64,000 nucleotides of DNA from assembly GCF_009914755.1 (NCBI RefSeq), contig NC_060945.1; one strand, written 5' to 3'. Positions 1-12,830 of the stretch are shown one piece after another. The notes beneath the pieces were generated by a model. The model saw only the letters and a list, made by a program, of their open reading frames with translations. It had not been told where the DNA came from and ran no database searches. Both the position numbers and the translations under genes were made by a program. Source of the stretch: the human T2T-CHM13v2.0 reference genome, Homo sapiens. Every line of letters begins with the position of its first letter. Position 1 is the first letter of the stretch.

Positions 1-739
1 CTCTAGCTAAATGATTATATCTTCTGGAATGTAAGACACTGCATGCATTTATATGTATGTGTAATGGGTATCAGTGATGAGTTCAAGAGATTGACATGAA
101 GAAGAGAGGGAGGTTCTTTGTCCAGTAGGTTCTAGTGGCTCTTAATAAAAACATAGACTCGTACTGGCTTCCAAAATGCAGATACAACCACAACTCTGCA
201 GCAGGCAAGGCTGCACCAAACCAGCCAAGATTCAAGGATCCAGTCCTATCCAGACATAATCCAGGGATAATTGCTTTCACGTTTCTTTCCCAAAGTCTTG
301 CACTTTTATACCACTCCCTTAAATTAAACTCCTATTGTAAACCATAATAACTCCAGTAGAGCTGACGCAATAGCAGTCTTTATGGGCAGACACCTGCAAA
401 CATCCATTTAAAGTTGCTTTTTTAGCTGCCATAAGTACTTGTTGAAGACATTTGGAAGTGTAGTTTTGCACTTGAGATGGTGTTGAAAATACAATAGCAA
501 ATCTGCCAAAAGCAAGAAGAGGCAATAATAAGGCTGGTTCAAAAGAGCTCCCTGAAATTCTGAGTGGATCATTAGACTAATTGAGTGGATATTGGACTAA
601 TGCCTTTGACAACACCTACAAGACCTACTCCGTTTGCTTACAGATAATTACAAAGTGAGGGAGAAAACAGGCGTATCCATCCCATTGCCTTTGGCAAGTC
701 TTCCTCAAACTATAAGGTATGCGTAAGATTACTCTAGAG

Positions 740-850
740 CGTGTGTAGGTTACAGGATGCTGGGCCCCTCCCCAGATGATCTAATTGAATAAATCCAGGA
801 TGGGGCACAGAGATATGCATTTCAACAAGTATTCCAGGTTGTTTCTGATA
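740..850. mobile_element. MER5-like hAT DNA transposon remnant
   Basis: Degenerate MER5-type motifs (gatgctgggcccctccccaga...tgcatttcaacaag..ccagg); boundaries approximate. Confidence 0.5.
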
Positions 851-1149
851 CAGTCGTTATAGGGAAACAATAGCAGTCAGTAAGATTTAAGAAATCTACA
901 GGGTAAATGTATTTTTTTCCCAAAACACTTCCTTTATTAGCCCACAGATGCTTGAAAATTCTTCAAGGTTGGACAGATCCTATCAACTCTTAATTAGAGA
1001 TGAAGGACCATCCAGTAATTTCCAGATCTAATGAGATATAAATGTCTTAGGGGTTGTGAAGAATGTGTGTGCTCTAAAAGTAAAGAGGCTGCCTTTGTTA
1101 ATAATTGGCACTAAAATCCCTGAAACCATAATGACTAGAATACGGGAAG

Positions 1150-1530
1150 AAAAGGGTTGTCTTTTCTCTACACCATTGCCAACACTTGTTAGCTTTCATC
1201 TTTTTTATAATGGCCATTCTAACAGGTGTGAGGTGTATCTCATTGTGTTTTTAATTTGCGTTTTTCTGATGATTAGTGATGTTGAGCATCTTTTCATGTC
1301 TGTGTTGGCCATTTGTATGTCTTCTTTGGAAAAGTTTATTCGGATCCTTTGTCATTTTTTGATTTGTTTTCTCTGCTATTGAGTTGTATGAGTTTCTTAT
1401 AATATTTGGCATATTCATTGCTTATCAGATATAGTTTGCAAATATTTTCTCCTGTTCCATTGGTTGCCTTTTCTTTGTGTTGATGGTTTCGCTTGTTGTG
1501 TAGAAGTATTTTGGTTTGACATAGTTCTAG
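1150..1530 (-). mobile_element. Old L1 (L1M-type) ORF2 3' fragment
   Basis: Antisense L1 text: ggccattctaacaggtgtgaggtgtatctcattgtg...gatgttgagcatcttttcat. Confidence 0.8.
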
Positions 1531-2720
1531 CAGTTTTAAGATTTCTCACATCTAATCCAGTTCCTTGAATAGTGTGTGTTCATCAAGTACTTGTTAACAT
1601 ATTGATGGCTTTGAAGAGTTTACTAATCAATGATGAAGACCTGATACCCTTTCAAAGATTTAAATGTCAGAGACAAGAAAATGTAATATGGGCGTAAAAT
1701 AATAAAGTTGATTGAAATGCTACAGAACGCTTTCTCACAATTGTAAAAATATGACTGTTGTGCAAATTCCTTGATAGATCACAAAACAAAGAACTCTACA
1801 CCTTAGTTTTCAAAGTCCTTCATGTTTTGAACACTTAACTTTTCCAAACATATCTCAGATTGCTCCCGATTTGTATGCCTGAGTTCTAATTCACATGTCA
1901 ATGGACACATCTAGAGGATTTCCATATTGATAGCTGTACTTGTGCTGTCTTCTCAAACCTTCTTTCACTTATTTTTACCCCTGGGAATCCCATTCTTCCT
2001 CAAGGTCAGTCTCATGTCCCCTCCAGATGCTTTACCTGCTCACACTCCTAATACGTGGATTAGGAGTATCTCTCCTCCCCCTCCCTTCTAAAGCACCCTG
2101 ATCTCCTGATGGCAGTTATCGGAATTTGCATTGTATTGCTTTGTTTCTTTGATTTATTTAGTTTACATTTTTTTTTTGCAGTGATTTCTCTGTGGTGTGG
2201 GAAGTCTTACAGTTCTCATTATACATAAGCAAGAAATATTTATTATGTAAGTTATTGATATAACAAAAATGAATAATTTCAATTTTGATCTAAGTTATTT
2301 ATGAATTCATAAAGTTTATATTACTTAATGTTCTTGGTGATGGGGTCCTCGTTCATAAACCAAAGATGGCAACATCTGCTCTGCAGGATTGGTACAAAGA
2401 TGAACTGAGGCCATTTATGCAAGGCACTGGCATACACTTAAAATATCAGAAACATCCTTGTAGATGCAAAAAATACAGAAGATAGAAAACAAAAAATATT
2501 ACATTGATATTGATATATAGATAGTAATACTAAGGGATGACTGAAATAAAGTCAATTTGAAAAAGTTTTAAACAACATTTATAATATTTGCTCAGAATTT
2601 TATGAGGCAGTAATTTGGTTTGGGGTCAGCTAGGATGGCCTCTCTCTGCTCCAAACAGTTTGACAGGGCTCACTCACATATCAGGGACCTCACGTGGGAT
2701 TGCTGGAATGATTGACATGG

Positions 2721-3077
2721 TGTATTAGTCCATTCTCACACTGCTATAAGGACATATCCGAGACTGGGTAATTTATAAAGAAAAAGTTTAATGGACTCAG
2801 TTCCACATGGCTGGAGAGGCCTCACAATCATGGCAGAAGGTGAAGAAAGAGCAAAGGTACGTGATACACGGTGGCAGGCAAGAGAGCATGTTCAGGGGAA
2901 CTACTCTGTAAAATCACAAGATTTCATGAGAACTCACTCACTGTCACAAGAACAGCATGGAGGTAACCACCCCCATGATTCAATTACCTCTCACCAGGTC
3001 CCTCTCATGACACGTGGAGGTCACGGGAACTACAATTTAAGATGAGATTTGGGTGGGGACACAGCCAAACCATATCA
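2721..3077 (-). mobile_element. THE1-family MaLR solo LTR
   Basis: Ends in gagatttgggtggggacacagccaaaccatatca (reverse complement of the THE1 start) and begins tgtattagtcc; about 357 bp. Confidence 0.9.
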
Positions 3078-3255
3078 GGCAGCTTAAAAGAATGGGTCTC
3101 TCTTTACCTGACCTCTTATCCTCCATCAGCATAGTCTGGATTAATAACATGGCAGGAGCATTACAAGTTAGAAAGTTTCCTTTGCACTCTGTTGGCTACA
3201 GAAAGCCATGAGGCCAGCCTTGATTCTAGGTCTGGAGCAGTAGACTCCACCTCTT

Positions 3256-3353
3256 TTTTTTTTTTTTTTTTTTTTTTTGAGACGGAGTCTCGCTCTGTCG
3301 CCCAGGCCGGACTGCGGACTGCAGTGGCGCAATCTCGGCTCACTGCAAGCTCC
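3256..3353 (-). mobile_element. 5'-truncated AluYb8/Yb9-type element with TSD
   Basis: Poly-T, then gagacggagtctcgctctgtcgcccaggccggactgcggactgcagtggcgc (carries the Yb-lineage 7-bp duplication); TSD gtagactccacctctt at 3240-3255 and 3354-3369. Confidence 0.92.
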
Positions 3354-6300
3354 GTAGACTCCACCTCTTGATGGAAGAAGCTGCAAATGATTAGTAGCTA
3401 ATTGTAGTCTATCAAAATAGAGGAGATAGGGTGATGGAGGGTGGCTTGGAGAAGGCAGGGCTTAGGAAAGCAATGAAGCCACCAAAAGTATGCTTCAGAT
3501 TTCAGGTAAACATGTGTGATTGATGGGACATGAGAAAACTTGAGTACAGTTGTGTATACACGAAGTAGTTATGTATCATTGTAAAGAGAGAGTTGAAGAA
3601 GAAAAAGTAAGAGAGATGAAAGATAATTGAAAGTATATCAAAAAGCCTGTGAGCTCTAATAAAGGAAGTGAAATGATAATAACCACAGCTGGAGGTGAGA
3701 ATCCATGCTTCTGTCTATGAAACATGGAAGAGAGGGATTCACAAGATGAGAAGAGGGGAAAGAGGTCTGTCTCAGTAAGCCAGGCAATTAGCCATTGGGT
3801 TAAAGTTTGTGAGTGTAAATAGGAAAGGGATAGGTGTTCAGTAATGTTTTAGAGCATAATGAGCAAGAATAGAGAAGGTAAGAACCATAGCAGGAGGCAT
3901 CTAAAGAGATGTTAGGTGAACACATGATTTATCATCCAAAATTGGATTTTTGAGAGAAAAAGAGTGCTATTAATTATTGCTCCAGGAAAACAGGAGCTAA
4001 GCCAGTATCTACATACAGTTATCTGTGTCTTAGAAGACCAAATGAATTGTGACACTTACAAAGGTAAAGAAAAATTGGTAAAATTTTAAGCTTAGAAAAA
4101 CATAATGAATATGACTTTTGCTAAAGTTTAAGGCCAAAAGGGCACCCAAGTGAAATGCTCTGTGGGTAGAGAAATCAAGAGAACTATAAAGAGCTTACAA
4201 CCTGGATTGCTGGGAGATAATAATAGTAATTATATTTTACATTTACATAATGCCTTATGATTAAAATACTTTCACAGGCACTGCCTCATTTTATCCTTAC
4301 AGTAGCCCTTCCAGGTAGAGAGACTGGTTACTATCCTCCTTATATGGGGAGAAAGAGTGCTACATAGAAGACAGCACGCTCTTTCAAGATGCCTCATTAT
4401 GGCTGGCAGGTGCAGTGACCTTGCTGTGTATCCCTGGAAAGGTTATATAACCTCTTTGAGCATCAGGTTTTTCTTAACACATAAAAGAAGGGTAATAATG
4501 AGAATTAAATAATCTCTCTCTATATATGTATAGTTTATTTATATGAAATTTAACTTATGTATATATACACACAATGTATATGTCTAGTTACAAGCATGTA
4601 TTGTATATTGGAAAAGTTTATCCCTTTCCACACTCTGTAGATGAGAAAGCTGAAGTTAAGTTTTGTTGAAAGAGCCACATAATGAACTCAAATCTCCCAG
4701 TCCAGGACTCTTTGTGCTAAGCCATTTGCCGATTACTGGCAGTTGAAATAACAGGAATGAATGAGTTCTCAAAGGAAGTAAGCATATATGTGATCTAGGG
4801 AAGGAATAAAAAAAAATACGTCTCCCAACATCCTAAAGAAAAGAATTCTCAATAATAATTTAAGGAAAAAAATTAAGAAAGGTTCGAAAAACAGTTACAA
4901 GTTTATTGAAACAAATATTGACAATCTTAATGAATCTGACTTTTTTAGAGAAGTAAAAATGGAGGACATTTCAGGAGATGCAGAATGCAATATAAATGGC
5001 AGCTCAAAGCTGGAAGGCAATAGGTCTGAGTTCAAGTTGAGGTTGATGGACTAGAGAAGAGGAGTAATCACTGACGCAAGAGAAGGTGAGTGAAAAGCTG
5101 AAGGGCAGGTCTTTCCTGAGATTGGCTGATTTCAGTCTGGATAATGTCCAATGAATGTAGTGAGGTCTAGATTGAGGTGGGGAGGAGTTAGCCAGACAGG
5201 CTTAACTGCTCTTGGCCTCAGTTTACTCCATGATCCTTTTCAGTCTCACAATTGTATGATTCTGACCAAGTTGTCAGTTCTAGGGAAGAGGGAATGGAAA
5301 AAGGGCTTTATACGTGGCAGTTTTGTCTCCAATGCTTCTGACAATATTCATTACCAGTTAAATACCAGTGTTCTAAGAATTATTTTCCGTATGGTGAACC
5401 TGAATGTCCTTTTTTTCCCTCTGTACTCACTGAAATCCTCTCTTTCTATCACTGCAGTCTCTCCTCTCTCCCTTTTTTGTTTGTTTGCCCTGTTTTCTGG
5501 TTGTACCCTCTATTTATACTTTTAATTCTCCCTTATTATATGCCATCTATTTGTATTCTGAGAATCTGTTTGACAAATTTCTTTCCAGAAAACCCATACC
5601 CACAATTAACCTAGTTATTCAGTGTGTATGGGGGTATTTATTCCCTAAGAAAAGCATTCTTTGTCCCTCAAGCAGCGCAACCATGATAAAATGTCAGATA
5701 CATCTTTATGGTAGTAGGAGTGTTAGCCATTTTGCTATAGTCATGTCCATTTCATAATTTACTTTTTACTTAATATTTTGCTAGTCACTTTTACTAGCCA
5801 ATTCCAAGCTTTACTAATTGTAATCTGAATTCAGACCAAAAGATATTTTTTGTATCAGATTTTGTCCTCAACACTTTCTTAACGGGCAGTGTTTGTCCAT
5901 TAGCTATTTTCTTGGAAATAATCCTGCTAAAAGGATACTAAAAACACAAAACTGCTTAGACCCAGTTAGGAATTGAACTTCTGATTTTCCCCAGATAAGG
6001 TGCTTCATATTATGGTTTACTTATTACTTTCTTTCTTCATTGATTCATCTGTCATTCATTTTCTCAGCAAACAGTTGCCATCTCCTATGTGTAGTGTTTT
6101 GACATGCAATTACTAAACATTTTTTAAACACTGAACTTAATTTTTGTTTCAAGCCTACATGTTAGATACACTTCATCTTACTCTCTGAGAATGCAAAATT
6201 TTCCCAGGGTTGAATCTAAGTTCTGTGGGCCCGTGTCAAACCAAGTCATTGATTTGATATTTAAAATCTTCAGTTGTTCACCTTGGATTCTGCTGAGAAG

Positions 6301-7179
6301 CCCCTATTTCAGGATGATTTTCAGTTGTATCTGTCAAATAAAACCAGGAAAACCAAAATTCTTCTAGATATTAAAATTAGTGGAATTTAATAGAGGGATT
6401 TGCTTACACAGGTTACAGGGAGAGTTATGAAACCGAGGAGAGGACTATGGAACTTCCCGTATACTAACAACAGCAGAAAGCTGCAACTTCCCAGATGATG
6501 AAGGAAAAGGGAGTATTGCCAGACCCAGGAATGGGGTTCACTTGGCAAAAGGCAGAACCTGGGCTTCAGTTGGGCCCTTCTGATAGAGCTGGAGGGTGGA
6601 GTGAGGGAAAGTTTATAGTCCTCTCTGCCTCTGTCCTCCAATCTCTCACCTAGCAGGTGGCAGCTGAACACAGGATCTTGGGAAAACCAGCCTCAGTAGC
6701 CCATCTAGTATACTTGACTCTTGGAGCAAATATACCACTCCTCTGTAAGAGAAGATTTTTTCCAGAATAAGCTTCAAGTTAACATGTTTTTATTATCTAT
6801 ACTTTAATAAACATTTTTATAGACATTACTCTGAAGAAATTCCGGTGCATTCATACAGGTTAGAACCACTTGAGCTAGCTAGCATATAATCTATGCCTCC
6901 CATTTCAGTAGCACAGAAATTGCAAAGACATGGAAACAGAACAGAACTCTGTCATTTTATCATGACTTGAGGGTTTTATTTGTTTTTTAAAAAATTAAAA
7001 CAGTAAAACAGTATGGCTGGAGAAAAATTATTTGAAAATCATGCCTTGCTGAATTGGAATCTGGGAGAAAACTCTTTAACTTTGGCAACAGACCCATGAA
7101 GCCAAGTCCATGTGTGTCAGGGCGCATGGTAGTGTAGATGGCATCTTCTGTCTATTCATTTGTAGCATAGATGACATCT

Positions 7180-7372
7180 CTTTATCTATCATCTATGTGT
7201 CTATCTAATCCTCTATTATCTATCAATCACTATCATTATCTTTCATCTATCAATCAATCCATCAACTGTCTAAATATTATCTATTTATCATATATCTGTC
7301 ATCTGTCTATTAATTGTTTGTCTCTCTGTGTACCTACTATCTATTTATCTACCTATCTGCCTATCCATCTAT
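7180..7372. repeat. Degenerate (TATC)n simple repeat
   Basis: Repeated atct/tatc units. Confidence 0.85.
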
Positions 7373-7781
7373 CTTAGTTTGCTAGGGCTCCCATATCACA
7401 AACTGTGTGGCTTAAAGCAACAGAAATTTATAGTCTCACCGGGCTGGAGGTTAGAATTCTGAGATCCAGGTGTCCGCAGGGTTAGTTCCTTCTGAAGGTT
7501 GTGAGGGAAGAAGCTGTTCCAGGCCTCTTTCTCTAGCCTACAGATGACGATCTTCTCCCTATGTGTCTCCACATCACCTTTTCTCTGTACCTGTCTATGT
7601 CCAAATTTCCTCATGTTTTTATAAGAACACCAGTCATATCTAATATCGTACCTTAATAATTTTATTTTAACCTAATTACCTCTATAAAGACCCTATCTCC
7701 AAACACAGTTGCATTTTCATTTATGCAGAGGTGAGATCTTTAACATATAAATGGGGGGAAGGCACAGTTAAGCCCATAACA
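7373..7781 (-). mobile_element. MLT1 (B/C-like) MaLR LTR
   Basis: cttagtttgctagggct...ggcttaaagcaacagaaattta...cacagttaagcccataaca. Confidence 0.8.
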
Positions 7782-10700
7782 CTACCTACCTCTCTGAAGA
7801 GTAATCACAATGATTGTTCAGAACTTACATCAAGAAATTACATTTTTTTGTTTGTTTTGATGTGGTGTTTTATCACTAACATTAATTAGAAAGGTAAGCA
7901 TGTGAAGATAATAAAGAACAGACCAATATTTAGTAGGTTTTATTATTGCTTTTCTATTATTTACAGAGAGAGCCCCCTCCTATTGCCTGTACCTGGGGAG
8001 GACTACTCTTACCACAAGCTCTTGGCACACACTGCCCAGCCGTGAGCATCAACCTCCACAGGATACAGATTAGACAGAGGAGTGAAGGAGCGGATCTGAA
8101 GGCATGCAGACATGGATGGGCCAGCTGCTTGTCCATGTGCATGACTGCTGTGTCTCATCTAGTCCCAGCCACTAGACCTTTTTGGGTCTGGCATGCTCTG
8201 TGCCCCTCTCGGATGGGTAGGAAATGTTCTTCTGCTCCCATGGCATTCCAGCTGCGGGGAACGTGGCAAGATTATCTTTTAGGCTGTCAGACTAAATACT
8301 TCACAGAGATGTCACTTATCCTCCAGCACTGTGAGGTCACAGGGAATACTTTGTTGACATCCTCAGCTCCACCTGAGTTAGGACACAGATCATTTCTGCC
8401 CTTGGATTCTCGAACCCATCTGAGAGTTTATTATTCCCCTGGGCCCCAGTCCCCAGGAACTGGACTAGGGAGTGGCCACCAGGCTACTCCCAGGGACACA
8501 CTGATATCTAGACCCTCTAAACTCTGCTCCTTATTATTATACCTTCATCCAAGGAAATCATTTTATACTCTTAATCTTAAAGATAACCATGTTATTCTTG
8601 GCCCATGATCTCCTAAGAATCTGGGCTTTTTATACTTAAAGCCAATAACTTTCTTTACATTTCTGAATTCCTTAGTTTCATCTCTTCTCTGGGGGAAGAG
8701 GGGTTGCATAGCAGTTAAACCCTCAAACCATTGCTCTGTATGTATACTGTTTTTTGATCATTCCTCAAGTTATTATTAAATAACAACTTAGTCCTGTTGT
8801 TGAATTCTTGATTTCTGCATGTTAACTATGTGACTTTGGCCAAGTGAGATAACCTTGTATGTCTCAATTCTTTTACTTGGCATGTTTTGGTAACGATATC
8901 TACACTCTCTACAGCACATGGTGGTTACAAAGATCAAAACAGTTTAACAAAATGCTTTTAAATATAGCAAGATTTTTTACAAATGAAAAAGATTATTGGT
9001 GTGCATTTAATTAAATTTGTAAACTGCAGGAGTATTACTCTCTTAAAACATCTTCAACCATGTGTGATTAAATAATATTTTGTGATGTTAACTATTTTTC
9101 TATTTTCTGATGTCAACTATTTTTCTCTTCTTATATTCTCCCTTTTTCCCTGGTCCGCATTCCAGAAGGTGATTAGCAAAGAATTTCACTGAGTATGTAG
9201 AAAAACGGAAGACAAAAGTACCCTTGAAGAGTTTTAGCCTATGCATTTGCTTCTGAAAACCTCTATGAAATTGCACAAGGTTTTTGACAGTGGGGAAGGA
9301 GAAGAAGGGTTACAGAGGCGACATTAGAAACATTTTATTGGGAAGTAGCCATTTTCTCTACCACTGCTTGTGGATAGCTGGTAACCAGGTCAGCAGGTAA
9401 GGTTCCTGGCTATGACTCTGGATAATGGTACCATAGATCATCTCAACACCAGCTATATTGGTATTTTCCAAAGTTCCCCAAGCAATTCTAATATACAGCC
9501 AGGGTTGAAATCTACCGGTTCAAGCAGCCCAGAACAAGAGTCTCAAAAAAAAAGGCCAAGTATGGCAGAATTGACGGAGCTAAGAAGCCTACAAAGACTC
9601 TGTGGGCAGATAAAATAGACAACTTCTCGGATACCTGCAGTTACTGATGACCATGGACTGACCCCGGAAACCACCATGGAACACTGCTTAGCCCTGCATA
9701 AGATCCTAACAACTGTATAATATGTGGGGAAGTACTCAAGAAGTTGAACTTCAGTTAAATTTTAGAAAATAAAGATAAATTTCATGCACGCCGGGGTTTG
9801 TAGTAAGAAATGTGCATTCTTAATGCATCTTTAAATTCCTGGAAAATTAGTAAAATTTATTTTTGGTGTAATTGGAAAAATACTGCAGCAGAGTGGAGCA
9901 GGGAAAAATAATCTTTCCAAAGCTACACATTGATTAATGGAAGGCCAAGCAACAAAAAACTTAGTTCCTGAAATGTTAACACATATTCAATAGCTAATAT
10001 TATCTTATGATTGCACCAAGTGTTATACCTTTTTACTCTTTGATCCTCTGGCTAGCAGAATAACATACTTCCCCATTTAGGCTGAGGAATCCATTCTTGT
10101 AAAGCTAATTACTTCTAGGTGAGCTAAAAGGTAAGAAAAATGATTCTATGACAACTTATTTGTCTGTAAAAGAAAAATGACTCTTTTCCAACATACCCAA
10201 TATTAGGCCTTTCTGAATCAAGTCTGATTAAAAAAATCAATCTTAGGAAAAATTCACCTTAATCACTATTTTTCTTATTTTTATTGCTAATCTTTGAAGA
10301 TATTTACACTTGTGTGATCTTATCATTTAATATTACCAGTGTTTTAAATACAGTTTTATATTACCAGGGGCTTCACCTACTGACGTCTTGCTGGTGGTTT
10401 GTAGAACGGAGTGAAGGTTGGATATTCACATCCAGGCTTGAGATAGCCCTGATTTAATGTTTCAGAGTTACTAAGTGATCTTGTGAGGACAGAAATTTAT
10501 TCTAATTGACCCTACAGCTAAATATATCAACATCATTGTAATCTATTTTATTTTATTACCATAAGGATGAAGATGCAATAAATTTTTGGTGAGCAAATTC
10601 AAGCTTCTCATTGCAATTATATACTCAAAATTAAATACATTTTTATTACAAAATAAGCACAATATTTGAAGAGTTAAAACTGAACATGTAAGCACTGATT

Positions 10701-11511
10701 GATTCACAAGATCTAAAAGCTATTCAGAAGCAACCCATAGGGGTGATCTTGCCTCATAAACACTCCCCACTCACTCTCACCCCACATGACCCACCACACT
10801 TTTAACCCTGATATTGATATGGGAAATGAAGAACTGAGAAAATCATGTGTGTAATTCAAGCAAAACAAAAAAACCTTCACCATACCTATTTGTTTAGTAG
10901 AGAATACAAAAAAGGTATTTATCTTAGCCTGACTAATTGTCTGAATCATTACCTTGATTCTTCGAATTGCTTAGCATGTTTATACCTGTGCAATGACTAA
11001 AGAATAAAACAAAGAAAAGAAACCATTCCCTTCAATGCCCAAACTGCAATTTTCTATTTGGGACCATATAACCTCTAGATAAGAATTGAGTGTTAATAGC
11101 CTCCCATTGATGTGTCTTATCAAGATAGATGCTTCTGTTTGCTTGACGTGCAGATGGTAGGCTATGAAAAATGTTAGTTTTCATTTATAAATTATTTTCC
11201 TTTAAACAGTAATTCTAGGCAAGTTTAACTGTATAAATTAGAGACCTTAAAATCTGTCTTCTTAATTGTCCTAAGAGAAATCAGAGCTCTCTTTTCACTA
11301 AAGTGTCTAATTTTTATTGTGTGAGTTCCTAAAGGAACAAAGCCTTTCATTAGATGGACATTTTCGTCTAATTCAACTAACGATTATTGTTTGATATCTA
11401 CAATTTTCCATGATAATCTTTTTAAAAAGGTCACCATTTAGTTGTTAGTATGTAGTACAAGAAACAATGTAGAGGAAAAATAATAGGTTACATTTTAGAA
11501 TAGGTATATGT

Positions 11512-11517
11512 TTTATT
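11512..11517 (-). terminator. Probable CLDN17 polyadenylation signal (AATAAA)
   Basis: TTTATT on the plus strand about 355 bp downstream of the CLDN17 stop, followed by T-rich sequence on the transcript strand. Confidence 0.65.
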
Positions 11518-11870
11518 GTTATAGAATATCAATTTCAACTTTAGATTCTTATCAGATAATACATGATGGTCAAAAAGTAATAAGTAGTCCATCATTGTAC
11601 ACTTGCTAATGATTATGGGTATACTTGAATTTAGAATATGAAAATTGGAGCAGCGATTGGGTCCAACAATAGTCAATGCATTTAATACACCTGAAGTCAG
11701 AATGTCCAAGTAAGTCATTTTCATTCCTACCACCAGTAACAAATTGAAACTTTCGTATCAATGTAAATCTAGACATAAAGCAAGTTCTCCTGCCTCACAT
11801 ACTTACAGTTTCTAGCAGGACTTTATAAAAAACATTGACCATAGTCCATACTTGGAGCCAAAAGGAGGCA

Positions 11871-12545
11871 TTAGACATAACTGGTGGAGGTCTTACTAAG
11901 CATTGTCGTATTTCTTCGCTTATCTGTGTGTGGCACACGGTAGCCAGGCACTGGATATCTGTACCCTTGCTTCTTTCTGTTGCAGCAGCAAAATCCACAA
12001 AGCAGACCCCCTCCAATGAAGAGGACAGCAGCGCTTGCCCAGCCAAGGAAAAGTGCTGCTCCCAGCTCTCGTTTCTGACCTATGTGGATGGCTGGGTTGT
12101 AGAAATCTCTGATGATTATATTGGCTGTCCAGCTCACCGGAATCAGAACGAAGATGCCCGTCAGGATGAAGAGGACTCCTGAAGTTCCCAGAAGGTATGC
12201 TTTGGCCCTCTCGTTAGAGCCTGTGCACTGGACCTGCTTCATGCCACAGATGCCAATAAGCAGGGCGATCAAGGAGAGAGCAACAGCCACACACATGAGG
12301 GCCCGGGCTGTTTCCAGGGCAGGCGGGAGAGCCAACAAGGAGCTATAGAACTTGCATTGCAACCGGACCCTGGCTTGTCGGATGCAATTCATCCAGAGCC
12401 CTTCCCAGAGCCTCTCAAAGACAATAATGTTGCTGCCAACAAAAGCTGATACTCTCCACTGAGGCAGAAGGGTTGTGGCAAGAGTCCCCACCATGCCAAG
12501 GAACCCAAGAACCAGCCCAGCAATTTGCAAGGGATAAAATGCCAT
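11871..12545 (-). CDS. CLDN17: Claudin-17, tight-junction tetraspan protein (224 aa, intronless CDS)
   Basis: W30...GLW...C54...C64 claudin signature, four hydrophobic segments, C-terminal YV PDZ-binding motif; N-terminus MAFYPLQIAG recognised as claudin-17; strong Kozak gcaATGG. Confidence 0.98.
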   Translation of the reverse strand: MAFYPLQIAGLVLGFLGMVGTLATTLLPQWRVSAFVGSNIIVFERLWEGLWMNCIRQARVRLQCKFYSSLLALPPALETARALMCVAVALSLIALLIGICGMKQVQCTGSNERAKAYLLGTSGVLFILTGIFVLIPVSWTANIIIRDFYNPAIHIGQKRELGAALFLGWASAAVLFIGGGLLCGFCCCNRKKQGYRYPVPGYRVPHTDKRRNTTMLSKTSTSYV

Positions 12546-12780
12546 TGCCTTTACTTTGAAGACTGGTTCAATTCGGAGTGGTAGAAGATGCTCAAGATGT
12601 AGAACGTGGAAGCCTTTTGAGTCTAGAGAAGTCTTTGATGATGTTCTCCTTGGCTGCTGCCCATAACGTTTTAGTCCAAATCAGTAGCTGTGACTGAACT
12701 TGGCCTAACTAGAAGTACCTGTTGTAAATGCATGTTGCCTTTTTTCATACACATTCATTTCAGTATGGATTATTTACTAG

Positions 12781-12830
12781 TCATATATAATTGTTTCCCA
12801 GCCAATAAGAAGGTAGCTAGGGGTGTGTCA
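12781..12830 (-). promoter_or_regulatory. Putative CLDN17 proximal promoter (TATA-like element and CCAAT box)
   Basis: TTATATAT on the minus strand at 12783-12790; AGCCAATA at 12800-12807; block shared with the CLDN8 upstream region. Confidence 0.55.

Larger units (their letters stand above)
2590..3390. mobile_element. Old MLT1-type MaLR LTR, interrupted by THE1 and Alu insertions
   Basis: MLT-like motifs on both sides of the THE1 LTR, ending ...gactccacctcttgatggaagaagctgcaaa. Confidence 0.5.

Noticed and set aside
7946-8608. 220-aa ORF
   Set aside because: Non-ATG start, no recognisable domain, probably LTR-like or neutral sequence.
9513-9520. GRHL-like TACCGGTT motif
   Set aside because: Imperfect single match at the edge of a MER5-like remnant; a chance occurrence is likely.
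11795-12348. ORFs overlapping or antisense to CLDN17 (similar ones overlap CLDN8)
   Set aside because: Shadow frames of a real CDS with no independent support.
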